Notes: generated from the sequence alone by a model not told the origin. DNA of 64,000 nt from an uncultured Gammaproteobacteria bacterium (GCA_964366515.1 CAYIUF010000001.1:51388-115387); one strand, 5' to 3'. Positions 1 to 8,794 are shown, counted from the stretch's first letter. Numbers and translations: made by a program.

Positions 1-188
1 TGGACCCCGAAAATTTTGAAATGTACCTTCAGGCATTTCGGTATGGAATGCCCCCGCATGGCGGATTTTCTTTTGGACTGGAAAGAACAACAATGAAGCT
101 CCTTAATCTGCAAAACATTCGCGAAGCCTCACTCTATCCAAGAGACATGGAAAGGGTTGATTTTTCGTTCTCAAAAAAAGGAAAGTGA
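1..188 (+). CDS. aspS: Aspartyl-tRNA synthetase, archaeal/non-discriminating type, 3' end only
   Basis: Frame from nt 3 reads DPENFEMYLQAFRYGMPPHGGFSFGLER...NIREASLYPRD, the class IIb motif 3; TGA at 186-188. Not in the ORF track. Confidence 0.85.
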   Translation, partial: DPENFEMYLQAFRYGMPPHGGFSFGLERTTMKLLNLQNIREASLYPRDMERVDFSFSKKGK

Positions 189-190
189 GT

Positions 191-1102
191 ATGCCCCGCA
201 CACCCCAAAAACCCGACGGAAAATATAATCTCCTAATCTTGTCTGGCCTTTTAGTGGTGGTTGCGGCAGTTGTCGGCGGCCTCACAACTTCCAAACCCGT
301 CGAGGAGCCCAAAGTTTTGGCAGAAGCAATCCAAAAGCCAATTGAAATTGTAGAAAAAAATGTTCCCTTGCCCCAGCTTTCCTCAAAATCTATTTTTGCC
401 ATGGATCTTGAAACGAAAAAAGTACTTCTTGCAGTTAATGAAAAAGAGCCCTCGCTTCCTGCCTCAACAACAAAAATAGCAACTGCCATTGTTGCTATGG
501 CGCATTACAAACCGGAGGAAATTTTAACCGCAGGAAACGTTAAAGAAATTGATGGACACAAAATGGGATTATTTTTTGGAGAACAAATTACTGTCGAAAA
601 TCTCCTTTATGGACTTTTGGTTTTTTCAGGAAACGACGCAGCAGAAGTTTTGGCAGAAAACTACCCAGGGGGAAAGCAAAATTTTGTTGCAGTTATGAAC
701 CAAATTGCAAAAAACCAGGATCTTCAAAATACAAACTTCACAAATCCACAAGGATACGATGAGTACCTCCATTTTTCCTCATCAGAAGATATAGTAAAAC
801 TTAGTCTATATGCATTGGAAAACCCAGTATTTGCAAAAATGGTTGGAACCAAAAACTACAAAGTAACAAATATAGATGGCTCGGTAATCCATCAAGTTTC
901 CTCAACAAACAAACTGTTAGGAAATATGCCGGGCGTTTTAGGAGTTAAAACCGGATGGACTGAAAATTCAGGCGAAGATCTTGTAACGCTTTACGAAAAA
1001 GACGGACATCGTGTTCTCATGTCAGTTCTTGGAAGCCAAGACCGTTTCGGAGAAACAAAAAAGATTCTTGAATGGGTTTTTCAAAACTACGAGTGGAAAT
1101 GA
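191..1102 (+). CDS. D-alanyl-D-alanine carboxypeptidase (peptidase S11)
   Basis: PASTTK (SxxK), SGN (SxN) and KTG motifs; N-terminal TM anchor. Confidence 0.9.
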   Translation: MPRTPQKPDGKYNLLILSGLLVVVAAVVGGLTTSKPVEEPKVLAEAIQKPIEIVEKNVPLPQLSSKSIFAMDLETKKVLLAVNEKEPSLPASTTKIATAIVAMAHYKPEEILTAGNVKEIDGHKMGLFFGEQITVENLLYGLLVFSGNDAAEVLAENYPGGKQNFVAVMNQIAKNQDLQNTNFTNPQGYDEYLHFSSSEDIVKLSLYALENPVFAKMVGTKNYKVTNIDGSVIHQVSSTNKLLGNMPGVLGVKTGWTENSGEDLVTLYEKDGHRVLMSVLGSQDRFGETKKILEWVFQNYEWK

Positions 1103-1153
1103 AATTCCCACTCTCTGACGAACGCAGTGAGGAACATGAATGGAAGTAACGAA

Positions 1154-2203
1154 TTAATTCCCGTAATACTCCGGAGCTATCGCTGGAACAATTGCACGGA
1201 AGCCCGAATCATCTCCACCGTCAAAAACTACAACAGGCTGCAAAAATTGCTGTGGTTTCCCGGAATCATAGTAAGCCAAGTAAACTCGCCTTACTGTTGC
1301 CGCATTTCCGGTTGTGGGTGGAGCAATAACCAATCCCTTCCCAGCCTGCAATTCTTCCCAAGCAACTTTAGAAGTTTTGACTGGATACGTTGCCTTTTGC
1401 CCCTCATCAATTGGGAAATAATGGTATTCTCCGGCAATAACCTGCTTAGGCCCAGAAGTTTCCCCGGTTACCAAAAGCCAAACTGTGCTTCGGTCATTTC
1501 TTTGCGTGATAACCCGCATGCCGTCATAATTTCGCCTTAAAAAGTTTACCCTTACAAAATTTGCTTCAGACAAAGACCCAACCCTAGTTAAAGCCTCAGT
1601 CCCAGATGCTAAATACTCAACCTCTTGGTTGCCGTTTTGAAGATCCTCAGGATATAGCCCCCCGCGGGTCAAAAATGAGCGTGCCGTATTTATAGCTTCT
1701 GCCTCAGACCTTGGCTTCAGCGTCAAAAGCCCCGGATCGGCACTTAAGTTATAACTCAAAGATGTAGTTTTGTTTACAATATTTATGTCCAAGGTTGCGG
1801 GCACATCGCGGTGGGTGAAGCGATATATAACGTCGCTCAAAGGCGCACCAGTCGGAGAAAAGCTCAAAGACTGGGCAATCTTTTTGGATTCGGTCAAATC
1901 TGCAAACGACGCCTGTGGGGTAGGCATAAAGAACACATTTACTTGTCCGGGGAACGTTGGAAGCTCGCCTTCGGGAAGAGAAAGCGTAAAGCCCAGGGAA
2001 TTTGCAGAAAATCTGGAGTCAAATGTAACTGCCGGTAGTTTTCCAAAAGTTACCTCGGGTTTTGGCGGGGGCTTTGGGAAAACTTGCCTATACGCCCAAT
2101 AGCCGCCCATAAAAACAACTCTCGCAAATATCAAGACCACCAATAAAATTGATCCGTATTTTATGCCTCGTCTTGCCCAAAATGCAGTTTCAGTTAATGT
2201 CAT
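1154..2203 (-). CDS. Hypothetical membrane-anchored protein
   Basis: Long ORF with one N-terminal TM helix; likely ATG at 2203. Confidence 0.7.
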   Translation of the reverse strand: MTLTETAFWARRGIKYGSILLVVLIFARVVFMGGYWAYRQVFPKPPPKPEVTFGKLPAVTFDSRFSANSLGFTLSLPEGELPTFPGQVNVFFMPTPQASFADLTESKKIAQSLSFSPTGAPLSDVIYRFTHRDVPATLDINIVNKTTSLSYNLSADPGLLTLKPRSEAEAINTARSFLTRGGLYPEDLQNGNQEVEYLASGTEALTRVGSLSEANFVRVNFLRRNYDGMRVITQRNDRSTVWLLVTGETSGPKQVIAGEYHYFPIDEGQKATYPVKTSKVAWEELQAGKGLVIAPPTTGNAATVRRVYLAYYDSGKPQQFLQPVVVFDGGDDSGFRAIVPAIAPEYYGN

Positions 2204-2253
2204 TACCGTGAACTTCAGTATACGTTCCAAACGTGTTAGAATCAATCTGAAAT

Positions 2254-3540
2254 ATGGCTAAAATCAGAGTCAGAATTGCGCCCTCGCCAACAGGGTTTGC
2301 CCATGTAGGAACTGCATATACTGCGCTTTTTAACTACGCTTTCGCAAGAAAACTTGACGGAGATATAGTTCTCCGCCTTGAAGATACAGACACAAAAAGA
2401 GAAGTAGAAGGCGCAGAAGAGGCAATTTACTTAAATCTTGACTGGCTTGGAGTTTCTTGGGATGAGGGGCCCGACAAGGGCGGCGCGTTTGGGCCATACC
2501 GTCAATCCGAGCGTCTTGACTTGTACCAAAAGAAAGCAAAAGAGCTAGTCGATAAAGGCTTGGCCTACGAAGACGAAGGCGCAGTCCGCTTTAAGAATCC
2601 CGGGGAAGACATTTCATGGAACGACCTGATCCGGGGTGAAATCACGTTCCCGGGGCAAGAAGTCCAAGATTTTGTAATCCTAAAGTCCGATGGGTTTCCA
2701 ACATTCCATTTCGCAGTTGTGGTCGACGATATTGCAATGGAAATATCCCATGTAATTCGCGGCGAAGACCATATCTCAAACACGCCAAAACATTTGGCGC
2801 TCTTTAGGGCATTTAGCGCAGCCCCGCCTGAATTTGCCCATTTCCCAACTCTTAGGAGTCAAGATAAAACCAAACTCTCAAAACGCCGCGACCCAGTAGA
2901 TTTAGGGTTATACAGAAAAGAAGGATACCTCCCCGAAGCACTCGTAAATTTCTTGTGCCTTCTTGGGTGGTCGCATCCTGAAGAAAAAGAAATATTCTCA
3001 CTTTCTGAATTCGTAGAAAACTTCACGCTTGAAAGAGTTAGAAAATCCGGGCCAGTTTTTGATGTTAAAAAACTTGACTGGATAAATGGTATGTATATTC
3101 GCCAAATGGAAGATGAAGTACTGGCTAGATTATTAAATGACCACATCACGGCAGACACATCTGTAGAATTTCTAAAAACGGCAGTTCCTTTAATCAAAGA
3201 AAGAATAAATAAACTGGAAGATGCAGAGCCTCTCCTGTCTTTTTTTTGGAACCACCCAACCATAGGTCGAGAAACCTTTATAGACGAATCCTCAGCTGGT
3301 CATATCGCAGATGCATTGGTCACTTTAAGACGTACCCCCGAGTGGAATCTTGACGAAATAAATAGTTCGCTGTCAAAAACAATTGAAGAAAAAAGCTTCA
3401 AAACGGGAAACTTTTATATGACGCTAAGACTTGCCCTTGCAGGAACAAAAATCACTCCTCCAATAAATGAGTCTATGGTAATCTTAGGTAAAGACGAGGT
3501 ATTGCATCGCCTCGAAGAGGCGCAAAAAGTGCTTCTCTAG
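2254..3540 (+). CDS. gltX: Glutamate--tRNA ligase (short form)
   Basis: RIAPSPTG, HVGT (HIGH), IRGEDH, KLSKR (KMSKS). Confidence 0.95.
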   Translation: MAKIRVRIAPSPTGFAHVGTAYTALFNYAFARKLDGDIVLRLEDTDTKREVEGAEEAIYLNLDWLGVSWDEGPDKGGAFGPYRQSERLDLYQKKAKELVDKGLAYEDEGAVRFKNPGEDISWNDLIRGEITFPGQEVQDFVILKSDGFPTFHFAVVVDDIAMEISHVIRGEDHISNTPKHLALFRAFSAAPPEFAHFPTLRSQDKTKLSKRRDPVDLGLYRKEGYLPEALVNFLCLLGWSHPEEKEIFSLSEFVENFTLERVRKSGPVFDVKKLDWINGMYIRQMEDEVLARLLNDHITADTSVEFLKTAVPLIKERINKLEDAEPLLSFFWNHPTIGRETFIDESSAGHIADALVTLRRTPEWNLDEINSSLSKTIEEKSFKTGNFYMTLRLALAGTKITPPINESMVILGKDEVLHRLEEAQKVLL

Positions 3541-3543
3541 AAA

Positions 3544-4578
3544 ATGAAACCTGCCCCCACATCAGACCAAATCAGAACTAGGCTTAAGGTAAGACATCTT
3601 CAAACAAAGGCCGCCTTAGCCCAAAAACACCCGCAAGCCCAAAATTTTCTTGAAGAAGCGGGGATTGATCTAGGGCAAATCAGACAACACTCAACAAAGC
3701 TCTTGACAGCTGGCGCTCTCGGCGGCGCCCTTCTTATTCCAGGCGCAGTGCAAACCGACGAGATAAAGCCGGAACCCTTGATCAAACGTCCCGAAGCAAC
3801 AAGCCCAGCAGCCCAAGTCCAAGAAGGGACTGTTGAGCTGGATTCGTCAAATGATCATAAAATCACCCTACCAACACCCATTGCTCAAGCCCTAGAAAGC
3901 GGCGGACAAATTCAAAAAACCGGCTCAAGAGAATTTATCGTTGCAAACTTTCAAAAATCTCTGCCCCAAATTGTGAATAAATTTAACCCACCATTTTTAA
4001 CTCGAGAAGATGAAAAAATTGTTGAAAAAATAATTACAAATGGTACTAAAGTACCAACAAAAGCAACGCTGGAAGGCGAACACTTAAATACAACTTATGG
4101 ATATATTGGCGCAGAACAGCATCTAAAGAGGTTCCCGGGAGACACAATAGACCGACATTCGTCAAAAGTTGAAGGAATGGCCCCTGGGCTTGGAGGGTTT
4201 GGATACTTTACTGAAAATGGGGTCTTAACACCGGATGCAATTGAAAGAGAAAAGTACTATGTTTGTGCCCAGCTTATGTATTTGCCAGATTGGAAAGAGC
4301 GAGTAAGGTACTTGGCCAAATGGTACAAATGGAGAAAAATGATAGTTGTAAATGCCGACAATGGAAACGCTGTTGTTGCTGTAATGGGCGATGCCGGCCC
4401 CGCCGCATGGACTGGAAAACACTTTGGAGGAAGCCCAGAAGTGATGACAGAGCTCGGGGGATCAAAATACAAAAAGGGGAGAGTAATTATGATGTTCGTC
4501 GACGATCCGAATAACGAAATTCCCCTTGGGCCAATAAAGTACAATGAGTTGCCCGATAAAATAGTGCAAGCTATATAA
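3544..4578 (+). CDS. Hypothetical protein with RlpA-like (double-psi beta-barrel) C-terminus
   Basis: IVVNADNGNAVVAVMGDAGP resembles the RlpA VxVTNxxNGxSVVVxINDRGP pattern. Confidence 0.55.
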   Translation: MKPAPTSDQIRTRLKVRHLQTKAALAQKHPQAQNFLEEAGIDLGQIRQHSTKLLTAGALGGALLIPGAVQTDEIKPEPLIKRPEATSPAAQVQEGTVELDSSNDHKITLPTPIAQALESGGQIQKTGSREFIVANFQKSLPQIVNKFNPPFLTREDEKIVEKIITNGTKVPTKATLEGEHLNTTYGYIGAEQHLKRFPGDTIDRHSSKVEGMAPGLGGFGYFTENGVLTPDAIEREKYYVCAQLMYLPDWKERVRYLAKWYKWRKMIVVNADNGNAVVAVMGDAGPAAWTGKHFGGSPEVMTELGGSKYKKGRVIMMFVDDPNNEIPLGPIKYNELPDKIVQAI

Positions 4579-4667
4579 GAACCTGTGCTAGTCGCACAGA
4601 ACCTTGTCAGTAAAAAATAATGAGCAAGTTATTCTATATGAGCGAAGCGAATTGAAGAAATTTTTAT

Positions 4668-4991
4668 ATGTCAAAAGTTTTTTATGATCACTTAATAGTT
4701 CTAGAGGAGGTTGAAGTTGAACTAAATAAACTCGACCTAGATCGTGATGAAAGGCGAGAGCTTGAGCATTTAATTGAAGAAATGACCCATCACAGGGTTC
4801 TAGACCGTGTATTAACCCATCTTCCAAAACAACATCACGAAGAGTTTCTAAAAAGGTTTGCAAAAACGCCCCACGACCCCGGGCTAATAGAATACCTAGA
4901 CGACAAAATTGAAGAAAGCGTTGAAGAGCACGTCAAAGATGAGATGGGCAAGCTGAAACACGAAATATTAAGTGATTTGTCCAAAAAATGA
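4668..4991 (+). CDS. Small acidic helical hypothetical protein
   Basis: 107-aa ORF with ATG start and host-like composition. Confidence 0.65.
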   Translation: MSKVFYDHLIVLEEVEVELNKLDLDRDERRELEHLIEEMTHHRVLDRVLTHLPKQHHEEFLKRFAKTPHDPGLIEYLDDKIEESVEEHVKDEMGKLKHEILSDLSKK

Positions 4992-5027
4992 GATTGCCAC
5001 GGTCACCGTGGGCGACCTCGCAATGAC
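4990..5027. repeat. REP/RPE-like palindromic element
   Basis: GAGATTGCCACG-GTCACC-GTG-GGCGAC-CTCGCAATGAC hairpin between convergent genes. Confidence 0.55.
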
Positions 5028-5034
5028 ATTTGGC

Positions 5035-5241
5035 CTATTTCGCAACTCTTCCCCAAAGCAAATAAATTGCAGAAAGTCCTACAAGTACGTAAAAAAGATC
5101 TGAAGCGCCAGAAAATGACCCCAAAACCTTTTCAACCAAATTAAGGTTGCCTGCCCCTAAGAAATTTCCCAAACCAACCAATCCCCAGTTTACTCCCCCA
5201 ACTATGACTAGCCAAAAAGCAACTGTGTGTAAATTTTTCAA
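5035..5241 (-). CDS. DUF378 family small membrane protein
   Basis: LVIVGGVNWGLVG...YVLVGLSAIY; SD GGAGGTGA upstream. Confidence 0.85.
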   Translation of the reverse strand: MKNLHTVAFWLVIVGGVNWGLVGLGNFLGAGNLNLVEKVLGSFSGASDLFYVLVGLSAIYLLWGRVAK

Positions 5242-5335
5242 AGTGTATCACCTCCCTTGACCTTCTTTAATCAAACATCTTTGCTCTGAGTTTGCAAGAA
5301 GAAAAAAAGACGAAAGTTTCGATATACTAGAGAAA

Positions 5336-5668
5336 GTGGACAGAAACTTCGGAGGAATCATTTGGACAAACCATGCCTTACAAAGGCTTGGACAGCGCGG
5401 AATAAAGCAGGGGGATGCGTTTGCAACATGGCGCAATCCTGACCAGTCTCGCCGTGCAACAGCCACAAATTCCTGGATTTACTACAAAACATACGGCAAT
5501 CAAAAAATCGAAGTTGTTGCCGCAAAAAACAATAAAGGCGAATGGGTTGTTTTGTCTGTTTGGTCGCGCTCAATTTTCGACAAGCCATTCTTCGCAAAAT
5601 CAACAAACGTTTGGGACAACCTCCTCGAGAAGTTTCTTCAAGCAGTCTTCGGGCGGGTCAAAAAATAA
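5336..5668 (+). CDS. DUF4258-like protein
   Basis: WTNHALQRLGQRGI N-terminal pattern. Confidence 0.6.
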   Translation: MDRNFGGIIWTNHALQRLGQRGIKQGDAFATWRNPDQSRRATATNSWIYYKTYGNQKIEVVAAKNNKGEWVVLSVWSRSIFDKPFFAKSTNVWDNLLEKFLQAVFGRVKK

Positions 5669-5676
5669 TTCCCACG

Positions 5677-5717
5677 AAAAAGGGCTAGCAATCTTTTGAA
5701 AAAGAAATACTAGCCCT
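5677..5717 (-). terminator. Intrinsic terminator after pyrE
   Basis: AGGGCTAG...CTAGCCCT stem with a T-tract on the minus strand. Confidence 0.55.
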
Positions 5718-5722
5718 AGTGC

Positions 5723-6430
5723 TCAGGCTGTGACTGTGGCCTTTTGACGTGCTACGAACTCGCGGCCTTTGCCAATCGTGGTGTTGACGGGGACACCATT
5801 CTTGCACAGTGGACAATCCTCCTCGGCCCAGGCATCCAAGCTGACGTTTGCAAGGGCAAAGAGTTTTGGTACACCAATATCCTCTGCAGTCACGCCTCCT
5901 CGGTTCACCAAGACCCCAACTCCAATGACCTCGCCGCCAGCTTCCTGAACAGCCTTGACGACCATTTGGACTGACCCTCCGGTGGTCAAAATGTCATCAA
6001 CGACCAGGACACGCTTTCCTTTGAGACGTTCACCATACCCTCGATAAAAAGTAAAGTGCTGCGCGATGGTGCCATCAGAGTATCGAAACGGCTCTCCGAC
6101 CTTTTCTGCATAGACGCCGATGACCTCACCTCTGCTGTGGACGTTCTCGGCGAATTCTCGCAAGTGGAAAGCAGTAGCCCACTGCAAGATAACCCCACCA
6201 ACTACTGGCCCAACAACGACTTGCACCCGTTGATCTAAAAACTCGTATGCAGTGGCTTCGCATAGCTTGTAGGTTGCGTCGATGTCGGGGTAAATAGCGT
6301 CTTTGTTTACGTAGGCACTGCCATGTTTGCCCGACGTATAGACGAAGTGGTCATTTGCCAAAACCGCACCGGCTTTGGCGAGTATGTCCAACACCTCTTC
6401 TTCCGAGAGACGGTATTTCGCAAAGTTCAT
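5723..6430 (-). CDS. pyrE: Orotate phosphoribosyltransferase
   Basis: HFVYTSGKH, PRPP-binding VLVVDDILTTGGS, C-terminal CPLC; adjacent to pyrF. Confidence 0.88.
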   Translation of the reverse strand: MNFAKYRLSEEEVLDILAKAGAVLANDHFVYTSGKHGSAYVNKDAIYPDIDATYKLCEATAYEFLDQRVQVVVGPVVGGVILQWATAFHLREFAENVHSRGEVIGVYAEKVGEPFRYSDGTIAQHFTFYRGYGERLKGKRVLVVDDILTTGGSVQMVVKAVQEAGGEVIGVGVLVNRGGVTAEDIGVPKLFALANVSLDAWAEEDCPLCKNGVPVNTTIGKGREFVARQKATVTA

Positions 6431-6479
6431 TTGGTACTCCTCTTTCTTAAGGCTCGTGCCTCACATGACTCTTGTCTCA

Positions 6480-7199
6480 TCATGCTGCTTTGCTTCTTGT
6501 TCCACCAGCTGCATAGATCTCGTCCCAGATCCTCTGCGCTGCGTCTCTTGGGGAACCAATCTCGGCAGGTGGCTGCGTGATCGGCCTTCCGATTACGAGA
6601 ACATCTGCGCCGGCAAGCATTGCATCTGCAGGTGAGAGGACACGACTCTGGTCACCTTTGACCGCCCACAATGAACGAATTCCTGGTGTCCATCTCTCCA
6701 ACTGAGCCACTTCGGGGTCGTCCCGCAAAGTCGAAGCCTCCTTTGGAGAGCAAATGATCGCATGCCCACCAAGATCAGCAAAGGTACGAGCAAACTGGAG
6801 CACCTTGGTTGGGGCATCTACTCCGTAGATTTCAACACACTCCTCGCTAGAAAGTGACGTTAGTACCGTGACGCCCTGAACCCTGCTGGTTCCGCGATAC
6901 TGAAATGCCCTCAAAATGGACTCATTGCCAGTTGAGACATGGAGGTTGAAGTAGGCGACGTTGTACTCAGAAATCGCCTGTACTGCCAAGGCTACAGTCT
7001 CTGAAATGTCCTTGAGTTTCCAGTCGAGCATTACGTCTATGACAGCTGAGTTCATAGCCCTCAGTACTTGCGGAGTACCCTGGCCATGCAAGAGTTGAAG
7101 CCCTACCTTAAAGTAGTCCACATACCCTCGCAACTGATCTACGAGCCTGAGTGCTTCAGGAATCGTAGGCACATCCAAAGCAACAGCTATTTTTGTCAA
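6480..7199 (-). CDS. pyrF: Orotidine-5'-phosphate decarboxylase
   Basis: VALD, FKVG, DWKLKDI (DxKxxD), VTVLTS, TPGIR, DQSR, VIGRPI; likely TTG start at 7199 behind AAAGGAG. Confidence 0.92.
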   Translation of the reverse strand: MTKIAVALDVPTIPEALRLVDQLRGYVDYFKVGLQLLHGQGTPQVLRAMNSAVIDVMLDWKLKDISETVALAVQAISEYNVAYFNLHVSTGNESILRAFQYRGTSRVQGVTVLTSLSSEECVEIYGVDAPTKVLQFARTFADLGGHAIICSPKEASTLRDDPEVAQLERWTPGIRSLWAVKGDQSRVLSPADAMLAGADVLVIGRPITQPPAEIGSPRDAAQRIWDEIYAAGGTRSKAA

Positions 7200-7246
7200 A
7201 AAACTTTCTCCTTTGTTAATGTCCTGGAGCTTTGCGCTCTTGAGCA

Positions 7247-7275
7247 ATCCTAATCGTGAGTGTATGCTCTGTCAA
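7247..7275 (-). promoter_or_regulatory. sigma70 promoter of pyrF-pyrE
   Basis: TTGACA-17 nt-TAGGAT on the minus strand. Confidence 0.6.
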
Positions 7276-7283
7276 GTCGAACA

Positions 7284-7742
7284 ATGACTAAAGAAAGACT
7301 AAGTCTCAAAGAAACCCAAGAAAAAGATATTATTGTCAGAAATTCAGGAATTATAGAATTCCAGTTTGTTGAAGACCCGCCGGATGGGAATTTAGCAATC
7401 GCCCAAGGAGAAAAAGATATACCCTTCCCAATAAAAAGAACATATTGGATAAATAAACTTAATAGGCCCGAGGCGGTACGCGGAAAACATGCCCACATCG
7501 AACTTGAGCAGGTAATTGTTTGCCTAAACGGATCTTTTACGTTGCATTTGGACGATGGAGCAAAAAAACAAGATATTATTATGGACAGTCCTTACAGGGG
7601 GGTGATTTTAGGAAAAATGCTTTGGCATAAGATGACAGATTTTTCCAAAGACTGTGTAATTTTAGTTCTGGCCGGAGATGTTTACAAAGAAGCAGACTAT
7701 ATCAGAAACTATGAGGATTTTCTCGCTCGACTAGCTCAGTGA
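7284..7742 (+). CDS. FdtA/QdtA-family cupin (NDP-sugar 3,4-ketoisomerase, WxcM-like)
   Basis: IPFPIKRTY, RGKHAH, WHKMTDFS, YIRNYEDF. Confidence 0.88.
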   Translation: MTKERLSLKETQEKDIIVRNSGIIEFQFVEDPPDGNLAIAQGEKDIPFPIKRTYWINKLNRPEAVRGKHAHIELEQVIVCLNGSFTLHLDDGAKKQDIIMDSPYRGVILGKMLWHKMTDFSKDCVILVLAGDVYKEADYIRNYEDFLARLAQ

Positions 7743-8130
7743 TCTTTTCTTTGTTTGCCTGGAAGTATTTATTAAAAAATCCAGTATGTTCCATTTTTTC
7801 AGCCTCAGAGACTGTGAAAAATCCCAACTGTTGACCTTCGTCCCCAAGTTTTACAAGTTCTGCCTCTTCATCAGTCAGGTATGAAACATAGCGATAAGCA
7901 ATAGCTCCGCTTGGGTGCTTTTGTTCTTCAATAAATTCAATATGCTTTGGGGTTATACAAATTTCCTCCTGAAGCTCTCTTCTCATCGCTTCTTCCGGAA
8001 TCTCCCCTTCTTCAATTCCGCCGCCGGGTAAATTCCAAACATTAGGCCAAGGAATACTTGGCTTGTCATCCCGAAGAATCAAAATAAATTTCTTGTTATA
8101 AACTACAAATGCTTTGGAACCAGAAGTCAT
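7702..8130 (-). CDS. NUDIX hydrolase
   Basis: Nudix box GGGIEEGEIPEEAMRRELQEE. Confidence 0.9.
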   Translation of the reverse strand: MTSGSKAFVVYNKKFILILRDDKPSIPWPNVWNLPGGGIEEGEIPEEAMRRELQEEICITPKHIEFIEEQKHPSGAIAYRYVSYLTDEEAELVKLGDEGQQLGFFTVSEAEKMEHTGFFNKYFQANKEKITELVERENPHSF

Positions 8131-8387
8131 ATGGAATTGTACTCTGAAACGAGGGCTTCTTTTTGAGCTTTAGACAATTGCTTCAAAGCATATTCTCTTT
8201 TCATCGCCCCAGATCGTGTAGGGTGAGTTTCACTATACACAAGCTCACAAGTATCAAAATACTTTGTGTATTTTGCAGAACGGGGACTTTTAGTTTGATG
8301 TTCGGAAATTCGTTTCTCTAAATTATTAGTGTATCCAACATATAGTGTGTTTGAAGAAGTTCGGAGAATGTAAACGAAGTAATTCAT
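8127..8387 (-). CDS. GIY-YIG nuclease (UPF0213-like)
   Basis: YFVYIL...LYVGYTNNLEKRISEH...AMKRE..LK; true start is ATG 8387. Confidence 0.88.
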   Translation of the reverse strand: MNYFVYILRTSSNTLYVGYTNNLEKRISEHQTKSPRSAKYTKYFDTCELVYSETHPTRSGAMKREYALKQLSKAQKEALVSEYNSI

Positions 8388-8438
8388 TGAAAGTAAGAAG
8401 ACAGAAGTAATATTAACATCCAGGGGTATAATTAAGTA

Positions 8439-8576
8439 ATGATCGTCAAAAGAAAAGCAGGCTATTTTGTTATCTCTAAAAAAACAAGAAGAAACCTCGG
8501 CGGGCCATACAAAAAACGCGAAGAGGCGCTTGTCAGGCTCCGTCAGGTGGAATTTTTCATACACAAGAAGAGGTGA
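8439..8576 (+). CDS. Small basic 45-aa protein (below ORF-track cutoff)
   Basis: MIVKRKAGYFVISKKTRRNLGGPYKKREEALVRLRQVEFFIHKKR; TATAAT lies 6 nt before the ATG. Confidence 0.75.
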   Translation: MIVKRKAGYFVISKKTRRNLGGPYKKREEALVRLRQVEFFIHKKR

Positions 8577-8630
8577 AATTTTGCTGCGGGATTAAGAAAT
8601 TGAATACAATTTCTTGGTCTCCTCGCAAAA
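8577..8630. repeat. Hairpin carrying a duplicate of the tRNA-Gln 3' end
   Basis: AATTTTGCTGCGGGA at 8577-8591 and 8635-8649; stem GATTAAGAAATTG/CAATTTCTTGGTC. Confidence 0.6.
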
Positions 8631-8641
8631 TATGAATTTTG

Positions 8642-8713
8642 CTGCGGGACTAGGGGTCGAACCTAGATCTCCGGTTTCAGAGACCGGCGTCACTACCATT
8701 AGACTATCCCGCA
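8642..8713 (-). tRNA. tRNA-Gln (anticodon CUG)
   Basis: TGCGGGA acceptor stem, CCGGT-CTCTGAA-ACCGG anticodon arm, GGTTCGAC T-loop; CCA not encoded. Confidence 0.95.
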
Positions 8714-8764
8714 ATACACATGTATTTTACCACGAAACTTAGGTTCGGAGAAGATCTCTCTTAA

Positions 8765-8794
8765 AACATACACTCATACATAGGGGTGTATGTT
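8765..8794. repeat. Palindromic repeat, copy 1 (related copy at 26316)
   Basis: AACATACACTC-ATACATAG-GGGTGTATGTT. Confidence 0.5.

Noticed and set aside
1110-1150. GACGAACGCAGTGAGGA motif between convergent genes, and GAGCGAAGCGA near 4639
   Set aside because: Reminiscent of repeat-family fragments but too short and degenerate to call.
7225-7245. PyrR-binding attenuator in the pyrF leader
   Set aside because: Only a 4-bp GAGC/GCTC hairpin; no PyrR consensus loop or terminator/antiterminator pair.
8388-8564. N-terminal extension of the GIY-YIG ORF
   Set aside because: It is the antisense of the 45-aa plus-strand gene; the domain starts at ATG 8387.
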